This document shows, piece by piece, positions 51,401-64,000 of a stretch of DNA of 64,000 bases. The first letter of the stretch is position 1. Every line of letters begins with the position of its first letter. Source of the DNA: Lepidodermella squamata (taxonomy: Eukaryota; Animalia; Gastrotricha); the NCBI GenBank assembly GCA_047495785.1, contig JBLDXI010000024.1, forward strand, positions 4,464,001 to 4,528,000, given 5' to 3'. The notes under the pieces were generated by a model. It was not told where the DNA came from and searched no databases. It worked only from the letters and a program-made list of their open reading frames with translations. The translations under genes were made by a program, and so were the position numbers.

Positions 51401-54400
51401 GGTGACGAAAATACTAATTTGTTAGGAAGGAATAACGATTTCCTCTATAAATACCTAAAGATCGGGATTAATGTGACTGATTGGGCTAGCTAATTGCCAA
51501 CCCAAATCATTGACGGGCAATCTAACTGAAAACACCCTTATGAAAGTGTAAAAAGCTGAAACCATATTATTCTCCGCTTCAGATAATTGGGCCATGCAAC
51601 CAATCGATTGCGAGGAAATTTTGATGCGCAGTACCTCGGTACTGCAGGACTCTTTGTACGTGATATACCCGCCGTCATTCCCTGCAATGAGCGTTTTCTG
51701 CGACATGACTCACGCCGGTGGAGGTTGGACAGTATTTCAACGCCGCTACACCGGCAGCCTTTCTTTCTACCAGACTTGGGCGAATTATAAGGCTGGGTTT
51801 GGCTCTACCTCAGTAGAACAATGGCTTGGAAACGATTATATCAACCATCTGACGTTTTATAACTACAATCCATTGCCCCTACTCGCTGTCTACATGATTG
51901 GTCCAGGTGATGAGCGCGGATTGGCTGTCCACAATGATTTCTATATCGATGACGAAGCTGGCAATTACACACTCCATATCGGGTCATTTGAAACGGGCAA
52001 TGCAGGTAAGTATTGATACTTGCCCTAATTATTCTGATTGATATTTTGGAACCAGGTGACTCGTTAATCTACCATAACAACCTTCCGTTCAGTACTTATG
52101 ACCGAGACAACTCGTTGTATTCAAACTGCACGAGCGCATACAGAGGCGGGTGGTGGTAAGCTTCACTGAAAAATAATTTTTGGAATATATTTTTTCCTTC
52201 GTCTGTCCTAGGTACGGAAACTGCCTCCATTCTAATCTGAACGGGTCAGGATTAAAAATTGGCCCATTGTAAGACATTATTTCGCTGTTTTCCAGAGTGT
52301 ATGGTTCAACAGTTTGGGGTCAAATGCCATGCCATAATTCGTTCAAAGGTTTCACAGTTGGGATGAAGACCACTCTGATGATGATAAGACGAAACAAACC
52401 TCACGAAGTATTTCCACGTAAGTATTTCTTAGCAGCTGGGGCTGTAAGTAACGCTCTGATTCAGTTCCATCTGCCTTGAAACCGGTTGACTGTGATGATA
52501 TTTCGAGAACCCGGCCCTTTTCAACGAGTGGCCAATATCTAATCTATCCCGGAGGGTCTACAAGTCAGGTCTCGGTGTTCTGCGAAATGGCAGCTCAGGG
52601 CGGTGGGTGGACCGTAATCCAGCGCAACATAAATAGTGATATCACCTTCAACACTACCTGGGCCGCCTATTCTGGGGGTTTTTACGGTGTCTCGTATTTG
52701 ACTAGCTCTTACTATAAAGGCAATGACATTATTTACCAAATCGTAAATGACGCCAGCACGGGAATTCAGTATCGACTGGTCGTTACTTTGACAGACAGCA
52801 CTGGCCGGAAACGATCTGCAGCTTACAACACCTTCCGTTTGCTGGATAACGTCAACTACACTCTATCAATTTCGGGCTATAATTCTGTTGTTAATGAGAA
52901 TGCCGGGGATTCGCTTACAACATCGAACAATCAGCCGTTTCAGACGTACGACAAAGCTCAAGGTCGAGTTTGCGGACCTAAGCGACCAGGTGGCTGGTGG
53001 TTCAAAGTTCCAACCAACGGTGACCAGGTCAATCCTGATTGTTCAGATGCGAATCTCAACGGACCTTACGTCAATGCATGGGAAATGGGGATATTCTGGA
53101 ACTCTTTGACAGGCAAAAATACGTCACTAACCTCGAGCGTCATGATGATTAAGCCTTGTAATTTCTGAAACATGAAATTCCACAGAGTATTGAGGTTTAC
53201 TTTTTTAGATACTGTCAAGCCCATGGATTGTATGGATGTGTATAAAACGAATTCGTTGGTCTCTGGGGTTTTCTGGATTTATCACCCGGTTGCTGGCCCA
53301 TTGCAAGTTGTCTGCGATCCCTCGGTCTACTTTACAGGGACGCCCGGCTGGACTGTGAGTCTAGCAGGTTATTCGAATATTTCCCCTAATTCATAGCCCT
53401 TAGGTCATTCAAATGCAAGTCTACAATTCCACAACTTTTGCGAGAACATTCGCGGAGTACAGAGCGGGATTTAGAGTTAGCCCGTTCTTGCAGACAACAG
53501 ACTATTGGATTGGTAAAACTTTTAAAATTTCTTCAGTATTTTTTCATTTCTGTATATAGGCAACGAGAACTTGTACATGATGACGAAAGATGCAGCCTAT
53601 CAGCTGGTGGTGAACGTAGGACTTACTAACGGCACGACTTTGAAGGCCCTCTATGATGACTTCCAAGTTGGAAGCGCATCTGAGGGCTACAAGCTTTTCG
53701 TGGGCAACTATCAAGGAGACGCTGGAGATATGCTGACCGCTAAGCACAATATCATGCAATTTTCAACGTACGATCAAGGCCCAGCTTATCTCTGCTTTTC
53801 AAGCTATAAAATCAGCGGCGGATGGTGGCTGCCTGCAGACTGCTCATTCGACTCGAATGCAAACAACAAAATGTCTTCAAGTGACGTTAACGCTACATTA
53901 AAATGGGGTTCGTTGTCTGTCAAAACGTTCAGGATGGCTATTCAGCGGAAACAATGGCGTAAGTTACGATTTCTGAACGCAATCCGACTTATGATTTCTA
54001 CAATTTGCAGCCTACCTGAGAAACGTGGCCAACGCGAAATCCCGGGTTATCTCTTCAAAATACGGCATTGTCACGCATGAATGTAATAAAGGCTTCACCG
54101 CAAGCGGCTCTAATGAGAGAGTTCTTTCTACGACTTACGACATTTATTCCGGCAGCACTTTTACGTGCACTCGTAAGTTTGCTGAACCCTGTATCGCAGT
54201 GAAAGTTAAAAATGTATGCATTATAGCTACGCCTGTGCCTAACGACTGTGGCAGTAATCCGACTTCCTCGGCAGCGTTCTCATTCAGCGACCCTCTCACA
54301 GGTTACTTCTCCATGTATTGTGACCAGGAAACGATGGGTGGAGGCTGGAATGTTATTCAGCGTCGGATTAATGGGGCGTATTCCTTTTCTCGTACGTTGA

Positions 54401-57400
54401 CTGTGTACGAAACCTTGTTTGGCTCTCTAATGGGCAGTTTTTGGCTGGGAAGTGCGAGAATTCGATCGATGACTCAAGCTGCTGATTATGAGCTGTTGAT
54501 TGAAGTCGTCCTGGACAACAGCTGGGGTTTTGCTTTGTATAGCAACTTCTACACCTCAATATCTGATAACGTCCTAAGCGTTTCGGGATACAGCAATGAC
54601 TCAACCGCCGGAGATTCATTGACGCCTCTGTCATCTCTACCTTTCATCATCGATCCTTGCGGAACAGGAGCATGGTGGTTGGCCCAACCTAGCTGCTCGC
54701 TAGCCAACATCACAAGCAACTTGAACAATTTGATGGGTAACCAAAGTCAAGGCTACATGAACACTTATTGGAAGACTTTCAGCTCGGACGCAACTGCGCC
54801 TTTAATGCGTACCGAGATGAAAATTAGGCGCATCAGGCCGACAAATCAATACATCAGAGCACCGAATTTTCAGTGCAGTCCTACTACTGGCTCTTCGTAC
54901 ACCTTTGAAAACCTTACTACAGCGGCGGCATGTATGGCTGGCTGCACCGCTTACAAAGCTTGGAACTGCCAGGTTGTAGTCTTCAATAAACTTAATTATT
55001 TATGCACTATGAAAAGCGACTATTGCGAGCCGGGCATAGGATCTGTTTTCACGGATGTTGATTCATACTATCGAAACGAGCTGCCTCGCCATGTCTCGAA
55101 AACTTGCGGATCTCCGCCAGCAATGAGAGGCACGACTCGCCTAATCGTGGGCATGCCAACCGTAATGTCGGTGAATTACACCTGTACAGTTAACAGCAAC
55201 TATAGCACTGTGCTAACATGCAACGCTACTACCAAATTCTGGAACGGAAATTTCCTCGATTGTCCTGATTGTTCGGGCATTGGGTCTTGTATGAATGGAG
55301 GCGTGTGCAACGGCACTAACACCTGCCGCTGCACTCCAGGTTGGACAGGTCCTTTATGCACTGTACAGATCATTGATTGTTCGGGCATTGGACCATGCCT
55401 CAATGGCGGTGCCTGTATTGGTGTTAATGTTTGCCAGTGTTCATCTGGCTGGAACGGAACCAACTGCACGATACGTAAGTTCCAACTCCATTACGAACAT
55501 CACCCTAAACATATTCGATGTAATTTCAGCATTATGTTCTGCGATTGGGGGATGCCAGAACGGAGGATCCTGTGTTGCCCCTAATACGTGCGCATGTGCA
55601 GCAGGCTGGGTCGGCCTCGATTGCTCTGTTAAAACGAATGTAACAGATGCGTGTTCTTCGATTGGCGGGTGCAAGAATGGAGGGTCCTGCGTTAGCCTCA
55701 ATAATTGTACATGTATTGGAAACTGGACCGGCACTGATTGCTCTGTTAAAATTAACATAACAGAACCGTGTTCCTCATTTGGCGGATGCAAGAACGGTGG
55801 GTTCTGCATAAAGGCTGATGCTTGCGCCTGTTTTGGAGGCTGGACCGGCAAGGATTGCTCGGCGAAAATGAACAAATCAGATTCTGCTGTTTCAATCGCC
55901 TCCTTAGCCGACCTGCCGCCTCAGGTCCTAATCGCTGCAGCTTCGTCAATCAGCTCTATGGCGATGGAAGCTTCTGAATCCATCACTTCTTCGGAGAACG
56001 CAACGGCTATGGCTGCGGCTTCTTCCGCTTTCATGGCTGGAATGGCCCCCGTTATGGGTAAATACGCTGAAGTAGCAGCTGATATGGCCCCGGCAGCTGT
56101 GACGAACGTCACGGTGGGCTTTGCGTCTGCAACAAGTTCTGTTATGTTTGCAGTGTCCGATACTGTCGATTCATCAAGCGGATCAACGACAACAACGCCA
56201 GCTCCGTCAGAAAAAACTAGTAAATGTAAATCGGTAGCAGTGGAATCTGATGACGATGAAGAGACAACAGCTCCAACTGCTGTCTTTTCAACTGATGACG
56301 TAAGTTTGAGCCGAAAATCACGCTTGAATGAATACATTTCGGTTGTTACAGACGTCTAAGCTGTATGGAAACTTCAATGAGATGATTGAGCAAATGCTGA
56401 AAATTGTCGAAATCAATGTGAAATCCGGCAAAAACTTCACGTTCAACGGCAAATTTTTCTCGATTGCACTCAGCGTCGTTGATATGAGAACGTTGGCAAG
56501 GCTGAAGCTCGAAACTATTCATGCCTCTGTAGAGTTCCCAAATACAACGTCGGCGGTTGAATTCATCGATTCCAAAGCTTCGCAGGTCAGCCTTAAAGAT
56601 TCTGACACTGTCACCGTTGCTCTTACGGCCTACATCGTCAATGTCCTCGATCCGGACCAACCATTCAACCTGCCGACGATTTCAGTCAAGGTTCTCTATC
56701 AGAAGAAAGAGCTGACTCTCAAGAAAGGCTACGCTACTAAGATAACAGGCAAACCTTCTGCAACCCGAACAGCAAAGCTGAGCGGCCAAAAATCGGAGTC
56801 TCAGTGCGTCGTAAGCGAGATGAAATGCGATGTCACTGCGAATGCTGATGCCATAGGATCGCTGGCGCTTTTCCCAGTCTCTACGGGTTCAGGCGATTTC
56901 ATTTTGACTTTTCCGACCATCAGATACAACTATACGGCTTATCTTTCCCTTAACAGTACCCCCACTGTCAGAAACTACACCTGGTCAATTTATGTAACTC
57001 AGAAAACTGTCAATTGCAGCGTTAATGCCACGCTTGGTGAACTCAAGTCAACCTACAATCCAGAAGTTGAATTGAGAGTGGTCATCCCTCAGACTGCTCT
57101 ATTCGATTTCGCTGAATTGCAAGGACTGTCTTCAAGCGAAAATGTCACTTTCAAGCTACATGTTTACACTAAAAAAGACTTTTCAAGTTTCTCGACTATG
57201 GACGACCTGCCAGCAGATGCTTGCGAACTACAGCGATGCTACGGTTACCACCTCAAGATAGGATTCGCTAGGGCAAAATCAACAAGTTCAAGGAGAAGAC
57301 GCGATGCATCGGGTTCAAGCTCTGATGACGATTTTGAGGTCGACCCCAGTTCGAATGAATCAGCCGTTGTCTTCAAATCTTCCTACTTTGGCGATTTTGG

Positions 57401-60400
57401 GGCCGACCTTGTGGTGTCACCAAATTCAATCGAATTTTCGGATATTTTCGCCAATTTCGCTACTCTCGTATCAGATAATGCTTACGTCCTCGCTTTTCAA
57501 GTTGCCGCTGTGGTCTTTTGCATCATTGGCATTATTGTTGTCAGCCAATTTGATAAGCTCGACATCAAGGAGTGGGCTTTCATGTCTCTGAAGAGCAACA
57601 AGCCGTACGAAGTGCATAAATATCTCGTTTCCGTCGATCATTTCGGCGTTAAAAGCTACCACCTGAAGCCTGTGGTCCTACTCCGAGCTTACGGTGATAT
57701 CAGCGACACGAACTGGCGCGTCCTTGAAGATTGCGAGCGAGATTCAAATTTCAACGGCAAGCGTCCAGCTAATTTCATGTTGACCACCACCATGCCGCTC
57801 GGCCACATCGAGGCAATCGAAATTAGACTACACAGCCGATACAGGGCAGCGCCAGGCAATAAGCCACTCGAGATGCAAATTGCCAAAGTGGTTATAGTGG
57901 ATGTTGCGAAAAGCCAAAAATTCGTGTTCTTAACCAAGTCGCCTATGAAAAGTGGTGACATGGTGTCTAAGCAGCTAGCATCTGAGGATGACATTAAAGG
58001 CTTCCGATATCTGGTCAGCGCTCATTCTCGAGTTGGCGTTTTCAGCTCTCACCCTTGGCTATCGATCGCGAGGCGTCCTCTTCCCAGCAACTGGACCCGA
58101 TGCGAACGGCTGGCTTGTGTAACCAGCGCTCTATTCATGGCAATGCTAGTCAATGCGATGTTCTACGGGAAGGAAAGTCAATCGCCCCGGGTTGGCATAA
58201 AAATCGGGGGATACTTCCGCCTGTCCTGGTTCACAGTCTACACAAGCTTCATCGGATGCGTCATTGTCATCCCTCCAACTGCAATTATGGCCTTCATTTT
58301 CAAACGAATCAGACGTCGATCAGCTGAGAATAGCCAGTACACCACGATATTCAATGTTGCCCTAGGATTCCGACAAAGAAATCCTGACGACAAAGAAAAG
58401 AAGCCCTTCCAGCTTCCTTATTATTTCGCAATTGTCGCATGGTTTTGTAAGTCAATAAGTTTAACATAAAACAGCACTCCATTTTCTTCTTTTAAGTGGT
58501 TGCTGGGTGCATCGGGGCATCATCTTTCTTCATCGTCATGTACAGTTTGATGTGGGGCAAGGAGAAGTCTCTGCAATGGCTTAGCGGGATGATCATGAGC
58601 GTTGTTCAAGACATAATCATAATCCAAACAGTCAAGGTCGCGCTGTTGTCTCTATGCAGTTCAACTTTACTATCCCTTCCGGATGATGGTCTGGATATTG
58701 GCAAGATGGCATTCTCCAAGAATAACTCTAGCAAGAAAACGGAGCTCTTCAAGCGCATGCGGAACATCATCGCAGGGATTTTCCACCACATCATTTACGT
58801 CGTGGCTTTTGCAATCGTAATCTCAGCAACGCAAAACACTCTAGCCTATCAGCAAGTTGGCGATTTGAAGCCACTCGTTGAGATGCCTACTGTACCTCAG
58901 ATGGGCGTGATTAATGACTACAGCCAGATTTATTCATGGTTGAACAACAATCTGTTGCCACAGTTTTTCACTGCGAACCAGCTGAAAAAGGGCCTGAACT
59001 TCAACCTGAAAAATATCTACCAAGTTCTAAATCACGACGTCGTGGTTCTTGGTCCAGTTCGCTTGCGACAGCAACGAGTTCAACCTTGTAAGCACGACCA
59101 TGAAGAATGTTGTTGAGAAATTTTCATTTTCTTGCAGATTATTGTCCCTTGGAGACGTCGCCAATACCACTGATCAATCAGAAATTCACCAAACTGCTCA
59201 TTTTGAACACGACGAAGTGCCAAAATCCATATGTTGACCAACTTGGTATCGGCGAAACCACTGAACGGCGGCAATTTTCGAATTTATATTGGACCTTCAA
59301 CGAAAGTATTACAGCTTGGTTGGCTGAGAACGTCACGACTGAGCAGGCTCCGTGGATTTATCGAGAAGACAGCGGCATTCCTTACTCGGGATTTCAAGCT
59401 AGTTACTCGAGCGGTGGCTATTACGTAGACCTCCCAGTCACACTTAAAAAAGCGAGGGCGTTCGTCACTCAGCTCCAGTCGAGAAGATGGCTGGATAACG
59501 CAACTTCAGTCTTGTTTGTTGACATGGTCCTGTTCAATGCTCAGGTCAATTTGTTCATCGCTGTCAAAGTGGTGTTCGAAGCCTTAAGTGCTGGAGGTAT
59601 GACCTATCACGCAAGAATGTACCCTCTGCAGCTCTATCAATACATCGGGGCTAGCTCGATCTTCGTTTTCGCGATTCAAGGCATCTGGATCTTGCTGGTC
59701 ATCTCGCATCTGATTAAGATTTTCATTCAGATGAAAAAGCAAGGAATCACAAAGTTCCGAAAAGATGGATGGAATTTGCTGGAGCTGTGCCAGATATTGA
59801 TATCCTTGGCCATCGTTGGATTGTTTATAGCTCGAATTCTGGTAGTGATGAAGGCTGTAACCCGGCTTCAGACCGACCGAACTTCATTCGTGAACTTCGA
59901 TCTTCTGGTCAACTGGGAAGCGTTGATGGCCAATCTTTACGGAATCACATTTTTCATGACGATGCTGCTGTTTTTCCGCCATCTCACCTTTAACAAGTAC
60001 TGGTGTATCTTTTTGGGAACGCTCTCCAAGGGCAAGGCGGATATATACTCATTCCTGTTCACTTTTGTTGTCATCACACTGTTATTCGCCACACTGGGTT
60101 ACTTGAGCTTGAACACAACATGCGCTGATTTTCAATCATTTACTGCTTCGATCATGACCCTGGTTCAAAATATCATCGGAGTAACTGGGTCCTTGATGTC
60201 ATTGAGTTTCACCTCGCGTTACATCATGCTTTTCTGCATGGCCTACTCGACAATCGTCATGTTTTTGGCTGTTCAGGTCTTCATGACCATCATTTCAGTC
60301 ACTTACAGCCAGGTAGCTGAGAACGCAGAAGAAAACACAAACTGGGACTATGAACTATCCGGGTACATGGCGGCAGAGATCTCGCGTGCTGTAGGCAATA

Positions 60401-61135
60401 AGGAAGAAAAGAAGAAGGTGAAAACAGCGTCGGTTTTCAGGCCAATCGGCGAAAGAAATCTGGCGAAATGTAAGTTGCTTTAATTCGCCATGTTTTTCTG
60501 ATTTTATTCGATATTTCTTTTCAGTGGAAATGACGATCCACCGTTTGTCACGTTATGTTGAGTCCCGCGTTGCAGATGATACTATCGAGCGAGTTGCGAA
60601 ACGCGATCGATGCCTCGTGCACTGGATGGACATGAAATTGCGTGGGTTGCGTCTTCGCAAATTTATGAACACGGTTATGCGTCAAAAGACAAAAGCCACC
60701 AACGCACCTGCGAAGATTGAAGATCCGAAGCTGTTCATACAGGGCGGCAACATTGTCAGCCAACGGGGTCATTTCATTGAAAAGGCCCATCCACCTCGAA
60801 TGCCTGAGCCCCTTCCCAATTCTCAAAATTGGGGTTATAACATGCAGCCTGGTTACGATGGCAGCGCGCAATTAATGCCCAACCGCATGGTCTTGCCTCA
60901 AATAGCAAAACCCGGCATGCCAAAAATGGAGAATAAAATCATTCCAGCGCCCGTCCCGCCGCCAAAAGGTCCGCCTGCTAAGCAATTCGTCAATCCTGGA
61001 GATAAGTCACTGTGGGGCATAATTCGCCCGAATAATAAGCAACCTGGTAGCTTGCCGGTTGGTTCTGTACGTGGAACGTATGATCCCAAGAAGCAAGGTG
61101 GCGGCAATCGACTGAACCCCCACCCCGCACACTAG
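48459..61135 (+). CDS. PKD1-like paralog D (multi-exon), shortened ectodomain: ~7 N-terminal EGF, 1 sushi, ~5 proximal EGF
   Basis: 49-nt signal-peptide exon [16 protein letters not shown] (48459-48507). ORFs 52476, 54025, 56328, 58496, 59107 and 60524 are collinear with B and C. Confidence 0.9.
50765..51322. mobile_element. MITE with ~110-bp diverged TIRs in an intron of D
   Basis: gaagagggcagctaagctttcccttgatagttctc...ttccagatcgggga is inverted relative to tccccgatctggaa...gagctatcaagaggaagctaaactgccctcttc. Confidence 0.65.
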
Positions 61136-62142
61136 ATGGACTGGCTTTGAGATAGCAAAATCAATACGATCAATAAACCATGTTGAGCATGTGCAAAATT
61201 TAACTAATGAGACATTCAAATGTCATTACGACTTCAACCCGTTATGTCTGTTCCGATATTTTCCCACTTGTGTGAATCATTAAGAAACCAACTACCATAT
61301 TAGGTGTCATGCCACTAAAAGGCGGAACTTCGAAAATGAATAATATTATTTCCATTTTGAATGTTATCGATCACTATTACTTCTTTTTGCACTGCGCATC
61401 TTAGCATCTTTGCACTGCGCATCGCACTATAAACGATCAATTGGGCATGACACTGAATGTGTGGAAGGGCGGTAAAGTACCATACCCTAATTTTATCATC
61501 ACATAACGACGCCATGAAAATTCCGTGTGAATTGCGATTTTTGTTAATAAAAGTGTGTATTGCATTTAATGCAAATGTATTTCGGGGTGTTCTTGCAGTC
61601 TTGAGAAACATACCCCTCCCTTTTCAAGGAGCGCGGAACCCAGTGTTTAAAAATTAACGCTTTGATGGGATCTTCGCGTCAGCTTGGAAGAGAGCTCATT
61701 TGAATTATGGATGAGACGGCGCCAACTGTCGCGCTTCGCAAATAAACCTACCTTTGTTACCATTCTGATCGATTTCGGATAACGGCAGGTGATTTCTGGA
61801 GTTCTTTATGCCCATAAATAACGAAGTCGACATTGGCGTTAGATACCACGCCGAGGAAATTTCGAGAAAAGAATGCGATAGGCATGAACCACGAGCCGCA
61901 CCGCGCAACAATAAGTTTATAGTTGCTTCAGTTGTATAATATTTGCGTGGCGAAATGCACTAGTTCAAATTGAACGTTCAAATATTATCCAACAAACTAT
62001 TCATGGAAATCGAATTTTATTAATTTCAAAAATTAAAAAAATAGAGATTGCGTTGCCGTTTTATCGAATCCATGATATTTTTCCGACGATAAGACATGAT
62101 AAGAGATATTAGAAGTAATTTGTGCTTGATTAAAAATGTAAC

Positions 62143-62215
62143 CGAGGCTGCCAGAAGTCGAACCTGGAATCTTCTGATCCGTAGTCAGACGCGTTATCCA
62201 TTGCGCCACAACCCC
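62143..62215 (-). tRNA. trnR-ACG: tRNA-Arg (anticodon ACG)
   Basis: GGGGTTGTGGCGCAATGGATAACGCGTCTGACTACGGATCAGAAGATTCCAGGTTCGACTTCTGGCAGCCTCG, 73 nt, folds as a cloverleaf. A TTTTT Pol III terminator follows (62132-62136). Confidence 0.93.
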
Positions 62216-63109
62216 TATGAGCGATAATACTTTGGGAAACATGTTTTCAAGGACTGCTACACTCTGTCTTCCGAACAAATTGCTTATGGATTATAAACTA
62301 CCGAATGGAATTTCTCGCACGAAAAGCGTAAAGCATAATAAATAATGAAGCATAATACATGTACATTTGAATATTGTCGTAATATTTTCATTTTACATTT
62401 TGTTGACCGAGAATACCATATTCAATCGCTTCTAAATGTATCGACTATCGACTTAAATTTCATTTGGATAAAAACCAATGCGTACTTCATGAACAATTGT
62501 GTTAATCCTCAAAACCTGTTCTGTAATTCCGAAGAGAACCAAATATGCCCTGTTCAAACCAATATAATGTGAGTGATTGGATTTAGGCAATTTTTTGAGG
62601 ATTTGATTTACTGATGATTTGATTTTTTTGATGTAGCCCCCTTGATTTGCTATCGATTCATAGTATTCAAAAATCTCGGAATTTCCCCTGTTACCCTCAT
62701 TTGCCTCGAAAACACCTGTTTTCCGAAGTCTGGAGCAACCACATTAACCTTAAAATGTGAAAGATTCCTTGAAAAATGAAAAATGTCCCTAATGCTGAAG
62801 TTTCTCTATGCAGAAGATTCGATTCGATTCGATTTAAATCAATCTGCCACGGATTATTGGGCGATTTGATTTGAACTGATCGATTTATAAATATCTGTGA
62901 TTTACTAAAGAAATCAAAAAGTCAAATCAACGTCACTGACCGGCACGAAGATTTGGGAACAAAGATGTACAATCTCGATGAGGCGAACAACTGGGTCAAA
63001 TCGATTCGTTCATCAAAATCACTTGAAAATGTGAAGAGAACAACGGCGGACAAATCGATTTCACGCCTTTGTTCGTCCCATCACGATTGTTCCTGGTTGC
63101 TCCCTAATT

Positions 63110-63955
63110 TTCCAGCTGGTTTGTGAAGCGGCTTGTACGCATTTAAAGGATAAAGGATAGATTACCTAACTAGCTAAGGAATAAGTTGGGCGTTTCCTTC
63201 ATATTCCACTAGAAAATTCCATCCTGACGCAAGTTTCTTTGTTCGATGTCCTCCATCTAGCTGGTGGTTTATTGATTCAACTGCGTTGTCTATTCGGTAT
63301 TCGGCTTTAGGCATTCAACATTCAAACTGCGAATGCATTTAGGAGCCAAAAATTTTATATAAAAAGTTGTCGTTACAAACCCAGGTCAAGATCGACGAGT
63401 TGAGCTGCTGATGAATTATGCAAGAGATGCGTTTCATGCTCCAACAGAAACGGTTTTACTTTGCTGCAACTTGGTCTCCATGCCCGCCCATTGCTCAGGT
63501 GTTAATAATGAATGGGGCTCACATGGCTTTCAGTTAACTATTAAAAATTCTATTTTTATCTGCACATCTACACTTCGATGGCAGGTGGCCGTGTTAAGTC
63601 AACAAAAATGTACTTTTTTTAACCATTTGATCGATCAAAGATCTGCGAATAGGTAGAAAGAAACGAAGCTGAATTGGCTGAATCGAGCCGCAGTACAACT
63701 TGTTGGCTTCGTCGGCACAAATTCGAGTAAATCGCTCTATCAAGATCATCTGATAGTGGTATAACAATTGGCGACTGGCGACTGGCGACTGAAGATCAGA
63801 ATCCAGATATGTACCAAAGCGCCCTAAATAAGAAGGAAATCCAAGCAGCACTATCGGTGGAATATTTCCAGCCTGAACTGGCAACGCCATTTTTCTGACG
63901 AAAAGCTTCTTCTCAATCATCAAGTGTTGATACAAAACGTGGCTCAAAATCGAGG
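63110..63955 (-). repeat. Second copy of the decayed coding-like sequence (homologous to 46160-47010)
   Basis: Same shared blocks. Minus-strand remnants KPCEPHSLLTPEQW and KLASGWNFLV match KPYVPHSLLTA and KLASRWNFLV in the first copy. Confidence 0.65.
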
Positions 63956-64000
63956 CTCCGATATCCCTTGGGTGTAGGGCGGGCGGCTTGTAAAAACTTG

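Noticed and set aside
19000-61100. Many short minus-strand and alternate-frame ORFs overlapping the polycystin exons
   Set aside because: They are shadow ORFs of the real + strand coding sequence; their recurrence only reflects the paralogy.
8514-61135. Non-canonical splice sites, suggested by the very short introns
   Set aside because: Every junction I traced could be explained by GT-AG; not all junctions were checked.
62575-62940. GATTT-rich segment ending in CACTG, similar to 11410-11455 (hAT-like remnant)
   Set aside because: No matching second TIR or TSD could be identified.

Overview
This is eukaryotic DNA, most likely from an invertebrate animal, with very short GT-AG introns (mostly ~45-60 nt). 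The window is dominated by a head-to-tail array of at least four paralogous polycystin-1-like (PKD1-like, 11-TM) genes on the + strand: the 3' end of copy A (1-734) and three complete copies, B (8514-27837), C (29681-44468) and D (48459-61135). Each complete copy encodes, in order: signal peptide, EGF-like repeats, an F5/8 discoidin-like domain, four fibrinogen-related domains (FReDs), a PAN/apple-like domain, sushi/CCP repeats, a second EGF cluster, a GAIN-like region, TM1, PLAT, TM2-5, the polycystin TOP/channel domain and a Pro-rich tail. In all three the GPS autoproteolysis motif is degenerate (HL|T replaced by YFG, cysteines lost) and a furin-type RxxR site lies just upstream. The paralogs differ mainly in EGF/sushi number, FReD sequence and the S5-pore segment. 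Spacers and enlarged introns carry a frameshifted Sola-like DNA transposon, several MITEs, an inverted pair of Penelope-type minimal hammerhead ribozymes, a duplicated decayed sequence and one tRNA-Arg(ACG). Domain calls come from motif recognition by eye and exon boundaries from manual comparison of paralogs; no database search was run.
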